Source: Candidatus Woesearchaeota archaeon (lineage in GTDB: Archaea; Nanobdellota; Nanobdellia; CAYMVK01; CAYYFB01). Taken from it: DNA of 64,000 nt. Of the stretch, positions 47,057 through 56,471 are shown in pieces. The position numbers were made by a program, and so were the translations under genes. The stretch is from the NCBI GenBank assembly GCA_964471255.1, contig CAYYFB010000002.1:106283-170282 (forward strand), in the 5' to 3' direction. The first letter of the stretch is position 1; every line of letters begins with the position of its first letter. The notes under the pieces were generated by a model that was given only the letters and a program-made list of their open reading frames with translations, had not been told where the DNA came from and searched no databases.

Positions 47057-47860
47057 TCAAGTATAGGGTGCTGATATTTTTTCCTTAGCTGAAGGATAAA
47101 TTTTTTCCAAGGATTCATAAAAAACTACAAAAATAGCTTCGACAGCATCTTCACCAAGAACAGAGACGTGTCTTGCGAAAGAGAATAGCAAATCTATCCA
47201 GTCTCCAAGAGACCTAGGTAGATAACTATTGTATGGAATATCTTTTCTTAGAATCCTAGGACCCAGAAATTTGGCTGGCTCGGCTTCTTCATGGGCTTCT
47301 AAGTAATCTTGCAGTTTTATGAAACCAAGCTTAGACAATATATATCTTTCACTTTCAGATCCCTTTTTTACGAAACAAAGCGGAAGATAACCAGGCCTTC
47401 TTCCAGGTGCTGCCCCAACAAAGATCGCAGGTATTACCTCAACCCCCTCCTCAGACAATATATTCAATATTTCCTCTAGTCTATTTCCTATCGGTTTCCA
47501 TCCTTCATCTTTTCCCCATCCTTTCTCACAGAGCTTATAAAGAGAGAAAGGATGAAGGATGAGGAATAAATTTTCTACCAGATCCGTACTTCCAATAGAA
47601 AAACCCCTCTCATTAAGAAGTACATAGGAAGGAATGGCAGAGCATATGTGAAGCACACTCAATCCTAAGCTATTAACCAACGCTTCCATTTCGGGAGGAT
47701 TTGGGGTCTTTCCATTTATCATTTTGTAAAAGATACCCACCAAATTGATGGAAAATTCTATAAAAATTTCTTTGTCAATTTTAAGTTCACTTCTTCTTTG
47801 AGAATATACCTTCTCAGCAATTTCTCTTACCTTAGCTATTTGGGAAGGCTCCAAATACAT
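47057..47860 (-). CDS. Hypothetical protein
   Basis: 267-aa ORF with no motif recognised. Confidence 0.5.
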   Translation of the reverse strand: MYLEPSQIAKVREIAEKVYSQRRSELKIDKEIFIEFSINLVGIFYKMINGKTPNPPEMEALVNSLGLSVLHICSAIPSYVLLNERGFSIGSTDLVENLFLILHPFSLYKLCEKGWGKDEGWKPIGNRLEEILNILSEEGVEVIPAIFVGAAPGRRPGYLPLCFVKKGSESERYILSKLGFIKLQDYLEAHEEAEPAKFLGPRILRKDIPYNSYLPRSLGDWIDLLFSFARHVSVLGEDAVEAIFVVFYESLEKIYPSAKEKISAPYT

Positions 47861-47920
47861 ATATCACTCTTATGGGGTGACAAATATATAAATGAACGAA
47901 GTTAGTTTGGGATAAAATAT

Positions 47921-47993
47921 AGCCCCGTAGTCTAGCGGCCTAGGATGCCGGGCTCTGGACCCGGAGACCGGGGTTCGAATCCCCGCGGGGCTA
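47921..47993 (+). tRNA. tRNA-Gln (CTG)
   Basis: AGCCCCG TA GTCTAGCGGCCTAGGAT G CCGGG CTCTGGA CCCGG AGAC CGGGGTTCGAATCCCCG CGGGGCT A, with the A1-U72 pair typical of archaeal tRNA-Gln. Confidence 0.9.
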
Positions 47994-48020
47994 TATTTCT
48001 AAAGAGTTTCTTAGGAAAGC

Positions 48021-48611
48021 ATGGTGAAGGTTTTTGCAAGGATATTTATTTTTGATAAAAAGGCAATAGAGGAAAATAAAAGAGACATGAAGAGGTGGTT
48101 TAAGGTTATAGAAGAGGATGTAAAATTTGAAATAAAAGAAAACATTCTTGAGGAGGTATACAGTGAACTTCCTAAAGAAGTTAGGAAAATAATAGAGCAA
48201 GAAAAGATAAAAATCTATATTTGCCCACCAATAAGGGAAATTTGCAGGAATTGGGTCTGTGGGAGATGTAAAGGCAAGAAGGTTTTTCTAGAAATAGGAG
48301 TTTGGACTAAAGAAAGAATTCTTTGGAAGTTGTTACATGAAGTTTGCCATGTTTTGCAAGGAAAAGCTGATAAGGATAGATTATCAAGAGAGATTGTTGC
48401 TGGCCATTTTGCTGACCTATTTAGCCTAAGAGTTGTTCGGAAGGTTGAGGAAGAATATAAAGTAAAGATTGGAAGGAATGAAAAAGAAAAGATACTGCAT
48501 TGCTTGCTTAATCTTAGCTTAAATAATGTAAGGGAAATCACAGAAAAAATAAGTAAAATACTTGGAAAGAAAGATATAATTATGATGAGTCCTGCAGCAT
48601 CTGAGAAATGA
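48021..48611 (+). CDS. Hypothetical protein with an HExxH motif (possible zinc metallopeptidase)
   Basis: LLHEVCHVLQG in a 196-aa ORF. Weak. Confidence 0.4.
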   Translation: MVKVFARIFIFDKKAIEENKRDMKRWFKVIEEDVKFEIKENILEEVYSELPKEVRKIIEQEKIKIYICPPIREICRNWVCGRCKGKKVFLEIGVWTKERILWKLLHEVCHVLQGKADKDRLSREIVAGHFADLFSLRVVRKVEEEYKVKIGRNEKEKILHCLLNLSLNNVREITEKISKILGKKDIIMMSPAASEK

Positions 48612-48630
48612 TGAAGCTTAACGGTGCTGA
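48582..48630 (+). ncRNA. Box C/D sRNA candidate
   Basis: C ATGATGA 48582-48588, 12-nt guide GTCCTGCAGCAT, D-prime CTGA 48601-48604, 3-nt linker, C-prime ATGATGA 48608-48614, 12-nt guide AGCTTAACGGTG, D CTGA 48627-48630. Box order and spacing are canonical for archaea. Confidence 0.75.
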
Positions 48631-50219
48631 GAATATTCAATACATGCTTTTGCAAATGCTACAAAAATTGGATGAGGGTTTTCCGGCCTTGATTTAAACT
48701 CAGGATGGAATTGAACCCCCAAGAAGAAGGGATGGTTCCCTAACTCTATTGCCTCAACTCTTTTTCCATCTTCGCTCCAAGCAGAAAAAACTAGACCATT
48801 TTCTCTTAGGATGTCAAAATATTTTGGATTTACTTCCCATCTATGCCTGTGTCTTTCATAAACAAGCTCTTTTTGGTATATTTTATGTAAAAGTGTATTA
48901 GGAACTATTCTTACCGGCATCGACCCTAATCTCATTGTTCCTCCTAGTTTGTCAATATCCCTTTGCTCGGGCATAAGATCAACTACTGGATGAGGAGTCT
49001 CTGGATCAATTTCTGTGGTATTTGCCCGCTCCATACCGCAAACGTTCCTTGCATATTCTATAGCCATTAATTGAAGACCCCAGCACAAGCCGAGGACGGG
49101 TATTTTATTCTTCCTGCAGTACTCGATAAATCTCATCTTTCCTTCCGCAGCCCTTTTTCCAAATCCCCCTGGAATTATGCAACCATCATAGGGAAATTCC
49201 TTTATTTCTTTGTTCTCATAATCTGTGGCTTCTATCAGCGTAATGTCTGGCTTATATCCAAGTTTTAATGTGGTATGTTTTAGAGCCTCAATGATACTAA
49301 GATAAGCATCTGGAACACGAGTATACTTCCCAATTATCGCAATTTTTACGCTCCTTTTACAATTGCTCCATAGCTTACAGAAAGATATAAAATTATCAAG
49401 TTTCCCATCTTTTCTTTTTTCTAAATCAAGTATCTGAAGAATGGGCTCCAATATTCCTTGTCTACTTAGAACAATTGGAACTTTATAGTAAATGTCATAT
49501 GTAGGGACCTGAAAAACATTCTTTATTCCGCACCTAACCCTTATTTTCTCTATAATATATGGAGGAAGAATGATATCAGACCTTACAACCAATATATCAG
49601 GATTTAGACCCAAACTTCTAATTTGGGAAACACTTCTCTGGAGAGGCCTAGTCTTTGGTTCTTTAAGGAACGGAGGAACAAAAACGTACCCCACATGAAT
49701 TATGCAAACTCTATAATCTTCACTATTCTTCATCCTTCTTGCTGCTTCAATCATATACCAATTTTCCCAATCTCCAACACTTCCTCCTACTTCTACAAGA
49801 AATATTTCAAAATTTTTTGAGACTTCCTGTAAATGATCAATCACCCATCTTACGACATGAGGAATAAACTGCACTGTTTTTCCAAGATACTCCCCCTTTC
49901 TTTCCCTTTCAAGTATGCTCAGTAAAACCTTTCCTCCAGTCAAATAAGAAATTTTACCAGAGAGATTTTCATTTAACATTCTTTCATAGTGTCCTAGGTC
50001 CTCATCACACTCGGTCCCATCATCAAGGACATAAACCTCCCCATGTTCATAAGGATTAAGAGTCCCGGCATCTACATTCAAATATCCGTCAAACTTCATT
50101 ACTCCGATCTTAAAACCTGCTTCCTTTAAGATTCTTGCTATGCTTGCTGTTACGGTCCCCTTTCCTACTCCAGAAATTACCCCTCCAGTTACAAATATAA
50201 ACCTCTGGAGAGGGGGCAT
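48618..50219 (-). CDS. pyrG: CTP synthase
   Basis: FIFVTGGVISGVGKG N-terminus, GLCWGLQ GATase nucleophile, GVQFHPEF, 533 aa. Confidence 0.93.
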   Translation of the reverse strand: MPPLQRFIFVTGGVISGVGKGTVTASIARILKEAGFKIGVMKFDGYLNVDAGTLNPYEHGEVYVLDDGTECDEDLGHYERMLNENLSGKISYLTGGKVLLSILERERKGEYLGKTVQFIPHVVRWVIDHLQEVSKNFEIFLVEVGGSVGDWENWYMIEAARRMKNSEDYRVCIIHVGYVFVPPFLKEPKTRPLQRSVSQIRSLGLNPDILVVRSDIILPPYIIEKIRVRCGIKNVFQVPTYDIYYKVPIVLSRQGILEPILQILDLEKRKDGKLDNFISFCKLWSNCKRSVKIAIIGKYTRVPDAYLSIIEALKHTTLKLGYKPDITLIEATDYENKEIKEFPYDGCIIPGGFGKRAAEGKMRFIEYCRKNKIPVLGLCWGLQLMAIEYARNVCGMERANTTEIDPETPHPVVDLMPEQRDIDKLGGTMRLGSMPVRIVPNTLLHKIYQKELVYERHRHRWEVNPKYFDILRENGLVFSAWSEDGKRVEAIELGNHPFFLGVQFHPEFKSRPENPHPIFVAFAKACIEYSQHR

Positions 50220-50291
50220 AAGAGTAATCTCTCTAGACCTTATCTTTCCTTATATTTAAAGGATAATTATTTAAAGGGTAGGGAGAAGTAT

Positions 50292-50540
50292 ATGCCTAAG
50301 GACTTGAAGGAAAAAATAGAGGAGTTAAAAGGAAAAAAGGAAGTAAGTGAAGAGGAATTGGAAGAACTTGTTGATGAAGTAATGGACGCATACGATAATG
50401 AAGTCATTACAAAAGACGAGGCAATAGATCTCCTGAATGAATTAGCTAATTTAGGTTCTGAGTACGCTAGCGAGCTTTTAGAAGATTTAATGGCAGAAGA
50501 GGAAGAAGAAGCTTTTGAAGAAGAAGAGGAAGAAGAATAA
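50292..50540 (+). CDS. Small highly acidic protein
   Basis: 82 aa, about half Glu/Asp, with an EEEEEE tail. Confidence 0.4.
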   Translation: MPKDLKEKIEELKGKKEVSEEELEELVDEVMDAYDNEVITKDEAIDLLNELANLGSEYASELLEDLMAEEEEEAFEEEEEEE

Positions 50541-50544
50541 AAAA

Positions 50545-51030
50545 CTACTCTATCTCCAGTTTTCTTCCTTCTTCCTCTCTAATTTTCTTTTTTGCTCTTA
50601 TTTCAAGAATCCCATTTTCATACTTCGCCCTTGCTGTAGCCGGATCTATTTCTACAGGCAATGGAATTACCCTCCTAAATGACTTTGCAATTCTTTCTTT
50701 TCTATAAAAATCTTCTTCTTTTATTTCCATTTCTTCCTTACATCTTGCTTTTATATCTATCCTGTTTGAGTAAATTCTTAGATCAATGTCCTCCTTTTTT
50801 ACTCCGGGCAATTCTGCTCTAACTACGAGTTCATCTCCAATTTCCCCCACATCGACCCTTGGTACCCTTATCCTTCTTATTGTCTCGATGCCAACTGTAG
50901 GTATTTCCCTCAGAAACGCTTTGGTCATTCTTTCAATTCCTCTTAACATCTTTTCCATTCTTCTCCTAAACAATCGCAAAAATTCGTCTATATCCCAAAA
51001 TTCCTCTTCTAAATCCCAATCCCACTCCAT
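50545..51030 (-). CDS. hsp20: Small heat shock protein (Hsp20/alpha-crystallin)
   Basis: VDVGEIGDELVVRAELPGVKKEDIDLRI...FRRVIPLPVEIDPATARAKYENGILEI. Confidence 0.85.
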   Translation of the reverse strand: MEWDWDLEEEFWDIDEFLRLFRRRMEKMLRGIERMTKAFLREIPTVGIETIRRIRVPRVDVGEIGDELVVRAELPGVKKEDIDLRIYSNRIDIKARCKEEMEIKEEDFYRKERIAKSFRRVIPLPVEIDPATARAKYENGILEIRAKKKIREEEGRKLEIE

Positions 51031-51036
51031 ACTATA

Positions 51037-52230
51037 CTATTTTTTAACCCTTATTTTTATTTTTCCGACAAATTTTCTTTTGCCTATAATCAGAGTCGGT
51101 TTTGGAAGAACAATCTTTCCTTTTAATACCTCAAAACTGAAGGTTATTGTATATCCTAAATAGAGCTCTTCTCCAGCTTCCATTTTTCCTATGTCCCAAA
51201 TTAAGAAAGAATTTTGTCTTTTTGGTTCCAGTACTTCATATTTTTCTATTTTTGCAAAAGAAGGGATTTCATCTATAAGCCTTATGTCATCAAGATCCTT
51301 CAAAGCTTTGAGCTTTATGTTCACATGTACATAAGTTTTTCCTTCTTTTGAATAATAGAAATACTCCTTAAAGACTTTGATAACCGGCGGATAGAAGGCA
51401 TATAATACTAAGCCCACAACTAGAAGAGTTAGGATAGTATTTCCTATATCCAACACCACAAACGAATATTTTTTTCTGGAAAACGCCTGGACCTCAACAG
51501 GTATCTGGGCATATTCACCAACATTTTTTCCACCTTTTATTACAAACCCTTTCTTCTTTATTTCTAAAGAATCTACAAACGGAACATTTCCTCTGTTGTC
51601 TATTTCTATAATATAGTATCTAAAAAAGAAATAATCTTTTTTGATAACTTTTTTAACAACTTCTTTGTATTCCTTTACCTCTATTGCGTAAGAGGAATAG
51701 AAGGGGAAAGGATAGTTTTCAAACTCCACTTTCATTAAAATTGGGTAGTCACCGGCAATCAAATTTTCCAGTTTTAGGCTTTCTTTTCCAAAGAGTACCA
51801 TTGTTCCCATTTGGATACTGAATTTTTTTATCCTGTAATTACAAATTGGTTTTAATACAACCACATTTTTGTCTTGAACATATCTTAACTCACATTTGGG
51901 AACTACGACTCTTTTTGGTTTGCCGATGATAGGGAGAAGGAACATCTTTTCATGAGAATTGTAACGGACATATAAAGGAGTACGATAGCTATGCCCTACT
52001 TTACATGTAACTTCTACCTTCTTTTCTAGAGTTGCAAAAGGCGAAACAGTAAAAGAAGTGGGAGAAATATCTGGACCGTAAATATTAATATTGTAAGTTT
52101 TGTTCTCATTGTTCGTAATCAGCACCTGAAATATTGCTTTATCTCCAACTTCCACAACGTTTTTGATTGGATAAAATGTTATGGTCAGGGAAAACGCCAA
52201 AGGGAATATGAAAGCTAGGATTTTTCTCAT
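51037..52230 (-). CDS. Secreted/membrane protein of unknown function
   Basis: Signal-like MRKILAFIFPLAFSL, an internal TM helix (ILTLLVVGLVLYAFYPPVI) and beta-rich domains. Confidence 0.5.
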   Translation of the reverse strand: MRKILAFIFPLAFSLTITFYPIKNVVEVGDKAIFQVLITNNENKTYNINIYGPDISPTSFTVSPFATLEKKVEVTCKVGHSYRTPLYVRYNSHEKMFLLPIIGKPKRVVVPKCELRYVQDKNVVVLKPICNYRIKKFSIQMGTMVLFGKESLKLENLIAGDYPILMKVEFENYPFPFYSSYAIEVKEYKEVVKKVIKKDYFFFRYYIIEIDNRGNVPFVDSLEIKKKGFVIKGGKNVGEYAQIPVEVQAFSRKKYSFVVLDIGNTILTLLVVGLVLYAFYPPVIKVFKEYFYYSKEGKTYVHVNIKLKALKDLDDIRLIDEIPSFAKIEKYEVLEPKRQNSFLIWDIGKMEAGEELYLGYTITFSFEVLKGKIVLPKPTLIIGKRKFVGKIKIRVKK

Positions 52231-52252
52231 ATTTAAGACTCAGGCTTAGATA

Positions 52253-53224
52253 TTAAAACTTGCTTTTCTTCCACAAAGGAGGATATCTACCTCTTTCCAT
52301 AATGACCCTCTCTATTTTGGCCACAATTCCTCTTTTTTTCTCGAGTATCTCTTGAGAATTCATAAGCGCTCTACCAAATCCAATTAATTCATTTTTCAGT
52401 GTCATTATAGCAACAAAATCATCGGGTTGTATATCTGAACTCAATTTAGCCACTCCAGGCGCTTTAAGAGACGCACCATGGCAGATTGCATCAACACAAG
52501 AGTCCAGTACCCATATCTTTTTAAGATGCTCCACTCCAGCCTCAATAGGTAATAATATTTTTCTTAAATATTTCTCATTTCCTGTTTCTTTCCACACCAT
52601 GAAAGCATCGGCGATATCTTGTAATATTACAGAATCCTCCTCGGAAAAAGGTCCTGATCTTATCCTTCTTAATTCCTGCATATGGGCTCTTGTCCCCATC
52701 TCCTTCCCCATGTCCCAAATCAATTTTCTAATATATACCCCTGCCTCACATTCTATCTCCAAAAGAACATCTCTCCCATCCACCTCCAATACTTTTATTT
52801 TGTATACCCATTTTCTCCTTGGCCTCCTTTTTACAGCTGACTTAAGTGGTGGAACCTGAATTATCGGGCCCTCAAATTTCTTGATTGTTTTAAAGAGTTT
52901 TTCTTCTTTAAAGTCTGAATGAACATGCATTAAAGCAACATAAGTCTTTCTTCCATAAAGAAAAGCTTGTAAGACCTTTGTCCCTTTATTTACTCCTACA
53001 GGCAATACTCCTGTAACTTTGGGATCTAAGGTTCCACCATGTCCTACTTTGTTAACCCCCAGAATTTTCTTTATCCAATAACAAACTTGGTGAGAGGTAG
53101 GTCCTCTTGGTTTATCTAAATTTATTAAGGAGCATTCTAGCAACTCAGAGATAGATCTCTCATATGGGTCTTTTCCCCATTCTGGATTTGTTTCGGCTTC
53201 TTTTTTTACCAATATTTCTGACAT
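52253..53224 (-). CDS. cbf5: H/ACA RNP pseudouridine synthase Cbf5 (TruB family with PUA domain)
   Basis: INLDKPRGPTSHQV, VGHGGTLDPKVTGVLPV, and a C-terminal PUA-like region. Confidence 0.9.
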   Translation of the reverse strand: MSEILVKKEAETNPEWGKDPYERSISELLECSLINLDKPRGPTSHQVCYWIKKILGVNKVGHGGTLDPKVTGVLPVGVNKGTKVLQAFLYGRKTYVALMHVHSDFKEEKLFKTIKKFEGPIIQVPPLKSAVKRRPRRKWVYKIKVLEVDGRDVLLEIECEAGVYIRKLIWDMGKEMGTRAHMQELRRIRSGPFSEEDSVILQDIADAFMVWKETGNEKYLRKILLPIEAGVEHLKKIWVLDSCVDAICHGASLKAPGVAKLSSDIQPDDFVAIMTLKNELIGFGRALMNSQEILEKKRGIVAKIERVIMERGRYPPLWKKSKF

Positions 53225-53232
53225 AAAGAGAT

Positions 53233-54357
53233 ATGAGAATCGGAGTAACTAAAAAACTAGAGACTATATACCATTTAGAACTCCTCAGATCTGTTCTTTG
53301 GGCGAGTTTTGTAATTTTCTTTCCTGTTATACTTTTTCAAAAATGCGGGTTAGGCTGTTCTCTATTATTCTTAATGCTTTCCTACTCTATTTTTCCAATC
53401 TTTTCTCCTTTCTTAGCTTGGTATATTTCCAGAAGGAAGGTTTTGTTCTCTTACTTCCTTTATTTTCTATTAATGTTTATCGCAGTAATAGCCTCTCCTT
53501 TGGTTAAGAAGAATACACTAATGGTTTTATTTTTTATACCCTTCCTAACAGGAATTTCTCTTTCTCTATACTATCTTCCCTTTCATACTTCCTTGGCAAA
53601 ATATGGGAAAGAGAAAATTACTAAGAACGTCTCTTTCCTTCTTTTGATTTCTACATGTATAAATACTTTTTTCCCTGTTTTAACGGCAATCTTTATCAAA
53701 GTTTATGGAATAATGGGTTTTTATATCTTTCTTACATCTTTTATTTTCTTTTTTGCGCTTTTCCTTAGTACAAAATACAAAAGTTACCTTTCAGAAAAAA
53801 TTATTTTTGAAATAAAGATGCCAAAGAAGCGTCACTCTCTTTTTATTTTAGAGGGAGCGGTATGGTCAATTCCTAGGATTCTCCCAATATTTGTTTATCA
53901 ACTAACCGGGAGTGTGATGAAAACAGGTATTATCTTCTCCGCAGCCTCTCTCCTTAGTTCAGTTATTTCATACCTAATACTCCCCTTTCTTAAATTAGAA
54001 AAAAACAGAATAATACGAACGATCTCCTTTTCTCTATCCTATCCAGAGTCTTTTCTAATGATATCAAATTCACCTTTCATTTGTAATTTAAATTATCTTA
54101 TTTCAAGATGTGTACGGTGTTTTTTCTGGCCAATATACTTTGGAAGCATCTGTCTCAGATCTAAAGAAGATAAAACTCTTTCTAATACTTTTTTCTGGAG
54201 AGAGTTGTTTGGAAGATTCGGAGAGTTATTTATCTATATAGTAGGTCTAATTACCTTGAGTTTCAGATGGATGTTTACAATAGCCATCCTTGCCAATTTC
54301 TTAGGAAGCATTGTTATGTATAATACCTTTGCTAAAGAAAGTATGATGAAAGATTGA
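53233..54357 (+). CDS. Polytopic membrane protein (MFS-like)
   Basis: 374 aa with about 10-11 hydrophobic helices. No specific motif. Confidence 0.5.
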   Translation: MRIGVTKKLETIYHLELLRSVLWASFVIFFPVILFQKCGLGCSLLFLMLSYSIFPIFSPFLAWYISRRKVLFSYFLYFLLMFIAVIASPLVKKNTLMVLFFIPFLTGISLSLYYLPFHTSLAKYGKEKITKNVSFLLLISTCINTFFPVLTAIFIKVYGIMGFYIFLTSFIFFFALFLSTKYKSYLSEKIIFEIKMPKKRHSLFILEGAVWSIPRILPIFVYQLTGSVMKTGIIFSAASLLSSVISYLILPFLKLEKNRIIRTISFSLSYPESFLMISNSPFICNLNYLISRCVRCFFWPIYFGSICLRSKEDKTLSNTFFWRELFGRFGELFIYIVGLITLSFRWMFTIAILANFLGSIVMYNTFAKESMMKD

Positions 54358-54388
54358 TCTGAAGTGTGATGAAGATCTTAAGTGCTGA
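54343..54388 (+). ncRNA. Box C/D sRNA candidate
   Basis: C ATGATGA 54343-54349, 9-nt spacer AAGATTGAT, D-prime CTGA 54359-54362, 3-nt linker, C-prime GTGATGA 54366-54372, 12-nt guide AGATCTTAAGTG, D CTGA 54385-54388. Confidence 0.6.
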
Positions 54389-54643
54389 CTATCTCCCAAA
54401 TTCTCTTAAAACTTTTCTCCCTTTTGTTATTTTTAGAATTTTCTCTCGAATAGTTTCAGAGGATTCATCCTCCTTTACGTTTATTTTGTAAGGAAGAGGT
54501 TCTAAATGTTTTCTATTACATCTTCTCCTTTTTACAAAACCATCTATTAACACAAATTTATCATCTATTTCCTTGACTACAACACAAACCCTACCAGCTT
54601 CCCTACCTGCTATTTTAATACATAGCCTTCCTGGTTCTATCAT
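54389..54643 (-). CDS. rpl14e: Ribosomal protein L14e
   Basis: IEPGRLCIKIAGREAGRVCVVVKEIDDKFVLIDG...KRRRCNRKHLEP (KOW-type). Confidence 0.85.
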   Translation of the reverse strand: MIEPGRLCIKIAGREAGRVCVVVKEIDDKFVLIDGFVKRRRCNRKHLEPLPYKINVKEDESSETIREKILKITKGRKVLREFGR

Positions 54644-54652
54644 ATCTATCCC

Positions 54653-55510
54653 TTATTTATATAAATAAGAGGAAAAGTCTGGATCTTTAAAAGGGTTAAA
54701 TCTTTCAGGAAAGGACAGGTAGGCTGAAGGACAAATAAAATAAAGGCTAAGATTCTCTCTCACCTTTACTGGACCTAAGAATGTGAACGAAACATCTATC
54801 CCCATTTGCAAAAATATCCTCTCTATTCTAGAAAGAGCTGCCTGAATCAGCAGAGATGTGGGATTAAAAGGAGAAAGAGATAGATCTAGATAATCTCTGG
54901 ATAAAATGTAGTCAACTATAAGTAAAGGGATGTTCGTTATGCCCTCACTAAAAGAAGATATTTCTTTTATTTCATCTTGCATTTTCCTGAAGATCCTTAG
55001 AGAATAAAAGAGATCTTTACTCCTAAGAAGGGCCTTAGAGAAAATTGCCCCCAATAGGAAAGAAACAGATTCTAAAACAGCGTCTAAAGTATTTTCTTCC
55101 TCCCCCTTGCTCTCTCCAGATAAAATAATTTTTCCTTCTTTGGCTAAGTAGAGAAGGGAAGTGAAATTAAGAAGAGTAGCACCAATTCCTAAGTAACTAT
55201 TACCTTGAGGAACTAGAAGAATTGTTATCCCCTTGTTCTTTTTGCCTTTATCGCTAAAAATATAATTGGGAGAGATTGCCGCTCCAGTAAAGAGAGATGT
55301 TATTTCTCTTGGAATATCTTTTTTAGGGTTTAATATGGAAAGGAGATGATTGTATTTTTCTGTCCTAGCAAAATATTCTTCTTCAGATACAATTTCTACT
55401 CTAACAGAAGAGTTAAAGCGAATGCTTCTTATTATTTCTCCTAAACATGGAGCTATGTTCCTTACAAATTCCTCCGATACTTCCTCACTATAGATGATGA
55501 AGTTATTCAT
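54653..55510 (-). CDS. Hypothetical protein inserted between cmk and rpl14e
   Basis: 285-aa ORF with no motif recognised. Confidence 0.45.
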   Translation of the reverse strand: MNNFIIYSEEVSEEFVRNIAPCLGEIIRSIRFNSSVRVEIVSEEEYFARTEKYNHLLSILNPKKDIPREITSLFTGAAISPNYIFSDKGKKNKGITILLVPQGNSYLGIGATLLNFTSLLYLAKEGKIILSGESKGEEENTLDAVLESVSFLLGAIFSKALLRSKDLFYSLRIFRKMQDEIKEISSFSEGITNIPLLIVDYILSRDYLDLSLSPFNPTSLLIQAALSRIERIFLQMGIDVSFTFLGPVKVRENLSLYFICPSAYLSFPERFNPFKDPDFSSYLYK

Positions 55511-56054
55511 AGAAGAACCAATATCTCACAATCTCTTCAGCTATTTTTACCATTTTTTTCTTTCCTACTCTAGAAGTATTGAAATAAAAATCGATCTGGA
55601 GCGAGGGAATATCAAAAATATCTATGTGATAAAGGTAAATATACCTTTCCCTGGTTATGTTGTTTTTTCTTTGAACAAAATCATACGCGTCTTTTAAAGG
55701 AATTCTTTCCCTTTTTGCAATTCTTTCTGCCGCCTGCTCCAGATTACAATGAACATAGATAATCAAATCAATCTTTTCAAGCAAAAAAGGTAAAATCCAA
55801 GAGTCTATTACCAATCTCTCTTTTTCTTTGCAGATTTTTATAAGTTCTTTATCAATTTCCCTCTCTATCCTGGGGTTCTCTTTAAGGAAATCTAGCCACT
55901 CAAAAAATTTCTCCTTATCATTAAATCCATATTCAAAGCTTTTCTTCTTAATAAAATCTCCACATCTAAGGAGCTCGAGATTGAATACTTTTGCCAAATG
56001 GGACGCTATGGTTGACTTGCCCGCTCCAGAAGTTCCAACAACGCCTATCTTCAT
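55503..56054 (-). CDS. cmk: Archaeal-type cytidylate kinase / small P-loop NMP kinase
   Basis: MKIGVVGTSGAGKSTIASHLA. The position next to rpl14e and cbf5 matches the conserved archaeal cmk-rpl14e-cbf5 neighbourhood. Confidence 0.6.
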   Translation of the reverse strand: MKIGVVGTSGAGKSTIASHLAKVFNLELLRCGDFIKKKSFEYGFNDKEKFFEWLDFLKENPRIEREIDKELIKICKEKERLVIDSWILPFLLEKIDLIIYVHCNLEQAAERIAKRERIPLKDAYDFVQRKNNITRERYIYLYHIDIFDIPSLQIDFYFNTSRVGKKKMVKIAEEIVRYWFFYE

Positions 56055-56175
56055 AGCTAGATATACTGTTACTCCTAAAAAGTTTACTTAACTAAAAGCA
56101 TTTCTGGAGCGCGATGGAAATCTTTATCATAGACAAAACTAAAGAGTGATTACCAATTTAAAGCCCTTTATATAT

Positions 56176-56204
56176 CCCCCCACCCCTTAGTTTCCAGTGG
56201 AAAA
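56176..56204 (-). promoter_or_regulatory. ORB element 1 (dyad plus G-string, read on the minus strand)
   Basis: The minus strand reads TTTTCCACTGGAAACTAAGGGGTGGGGGG. This matches the archaeal ORB core TCCA(G/C)TGGAAA followed by a G-tract. Confidence 0.7.
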
Positions 56205-56332
56205 GAATGGAATGTGTTGAGAAGCAAGGAACAGAAAATGTATATAAAATAAGGAAATAGTAATATATAGAACTATTTACTACTAATTATAAATGAATAT
56301 TTAAAGACCTGCAATACTATACGCGAGTAGTG

Positions 56333-56354
56333 TTTCCATAGGAAATGAAGGGGT
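56333..56354 (+). promoter_or_regulatory. ORB element 2 (variant dyad plus G-string, read on the plus strand)
   Basis: TTTCCATAGGAAATGAAGGGGT, inverted relative to ORB 1 across the AT-rich segment. Confidence 0.6.
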
Positions 56355-56440
56355 GCCTCATATTTTTAAAGGGTTTTTATATGATGTTACTATTTGTTAA
56401 TTACTTTTTTAAATAAAAAAGCAAGAGCTCAGAGATAATC

Positions 56441-56471
56441 TCCCTAATTTGATTTCGTTTTCCACTGGAAA
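56441..56471 (-). promoter_or_regulatory. ORB element 3
   Basis: The minus strand reads TTTCCAGTGGAAAACGAAATCAAATTAGGGAG. Confidence 0.6.
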
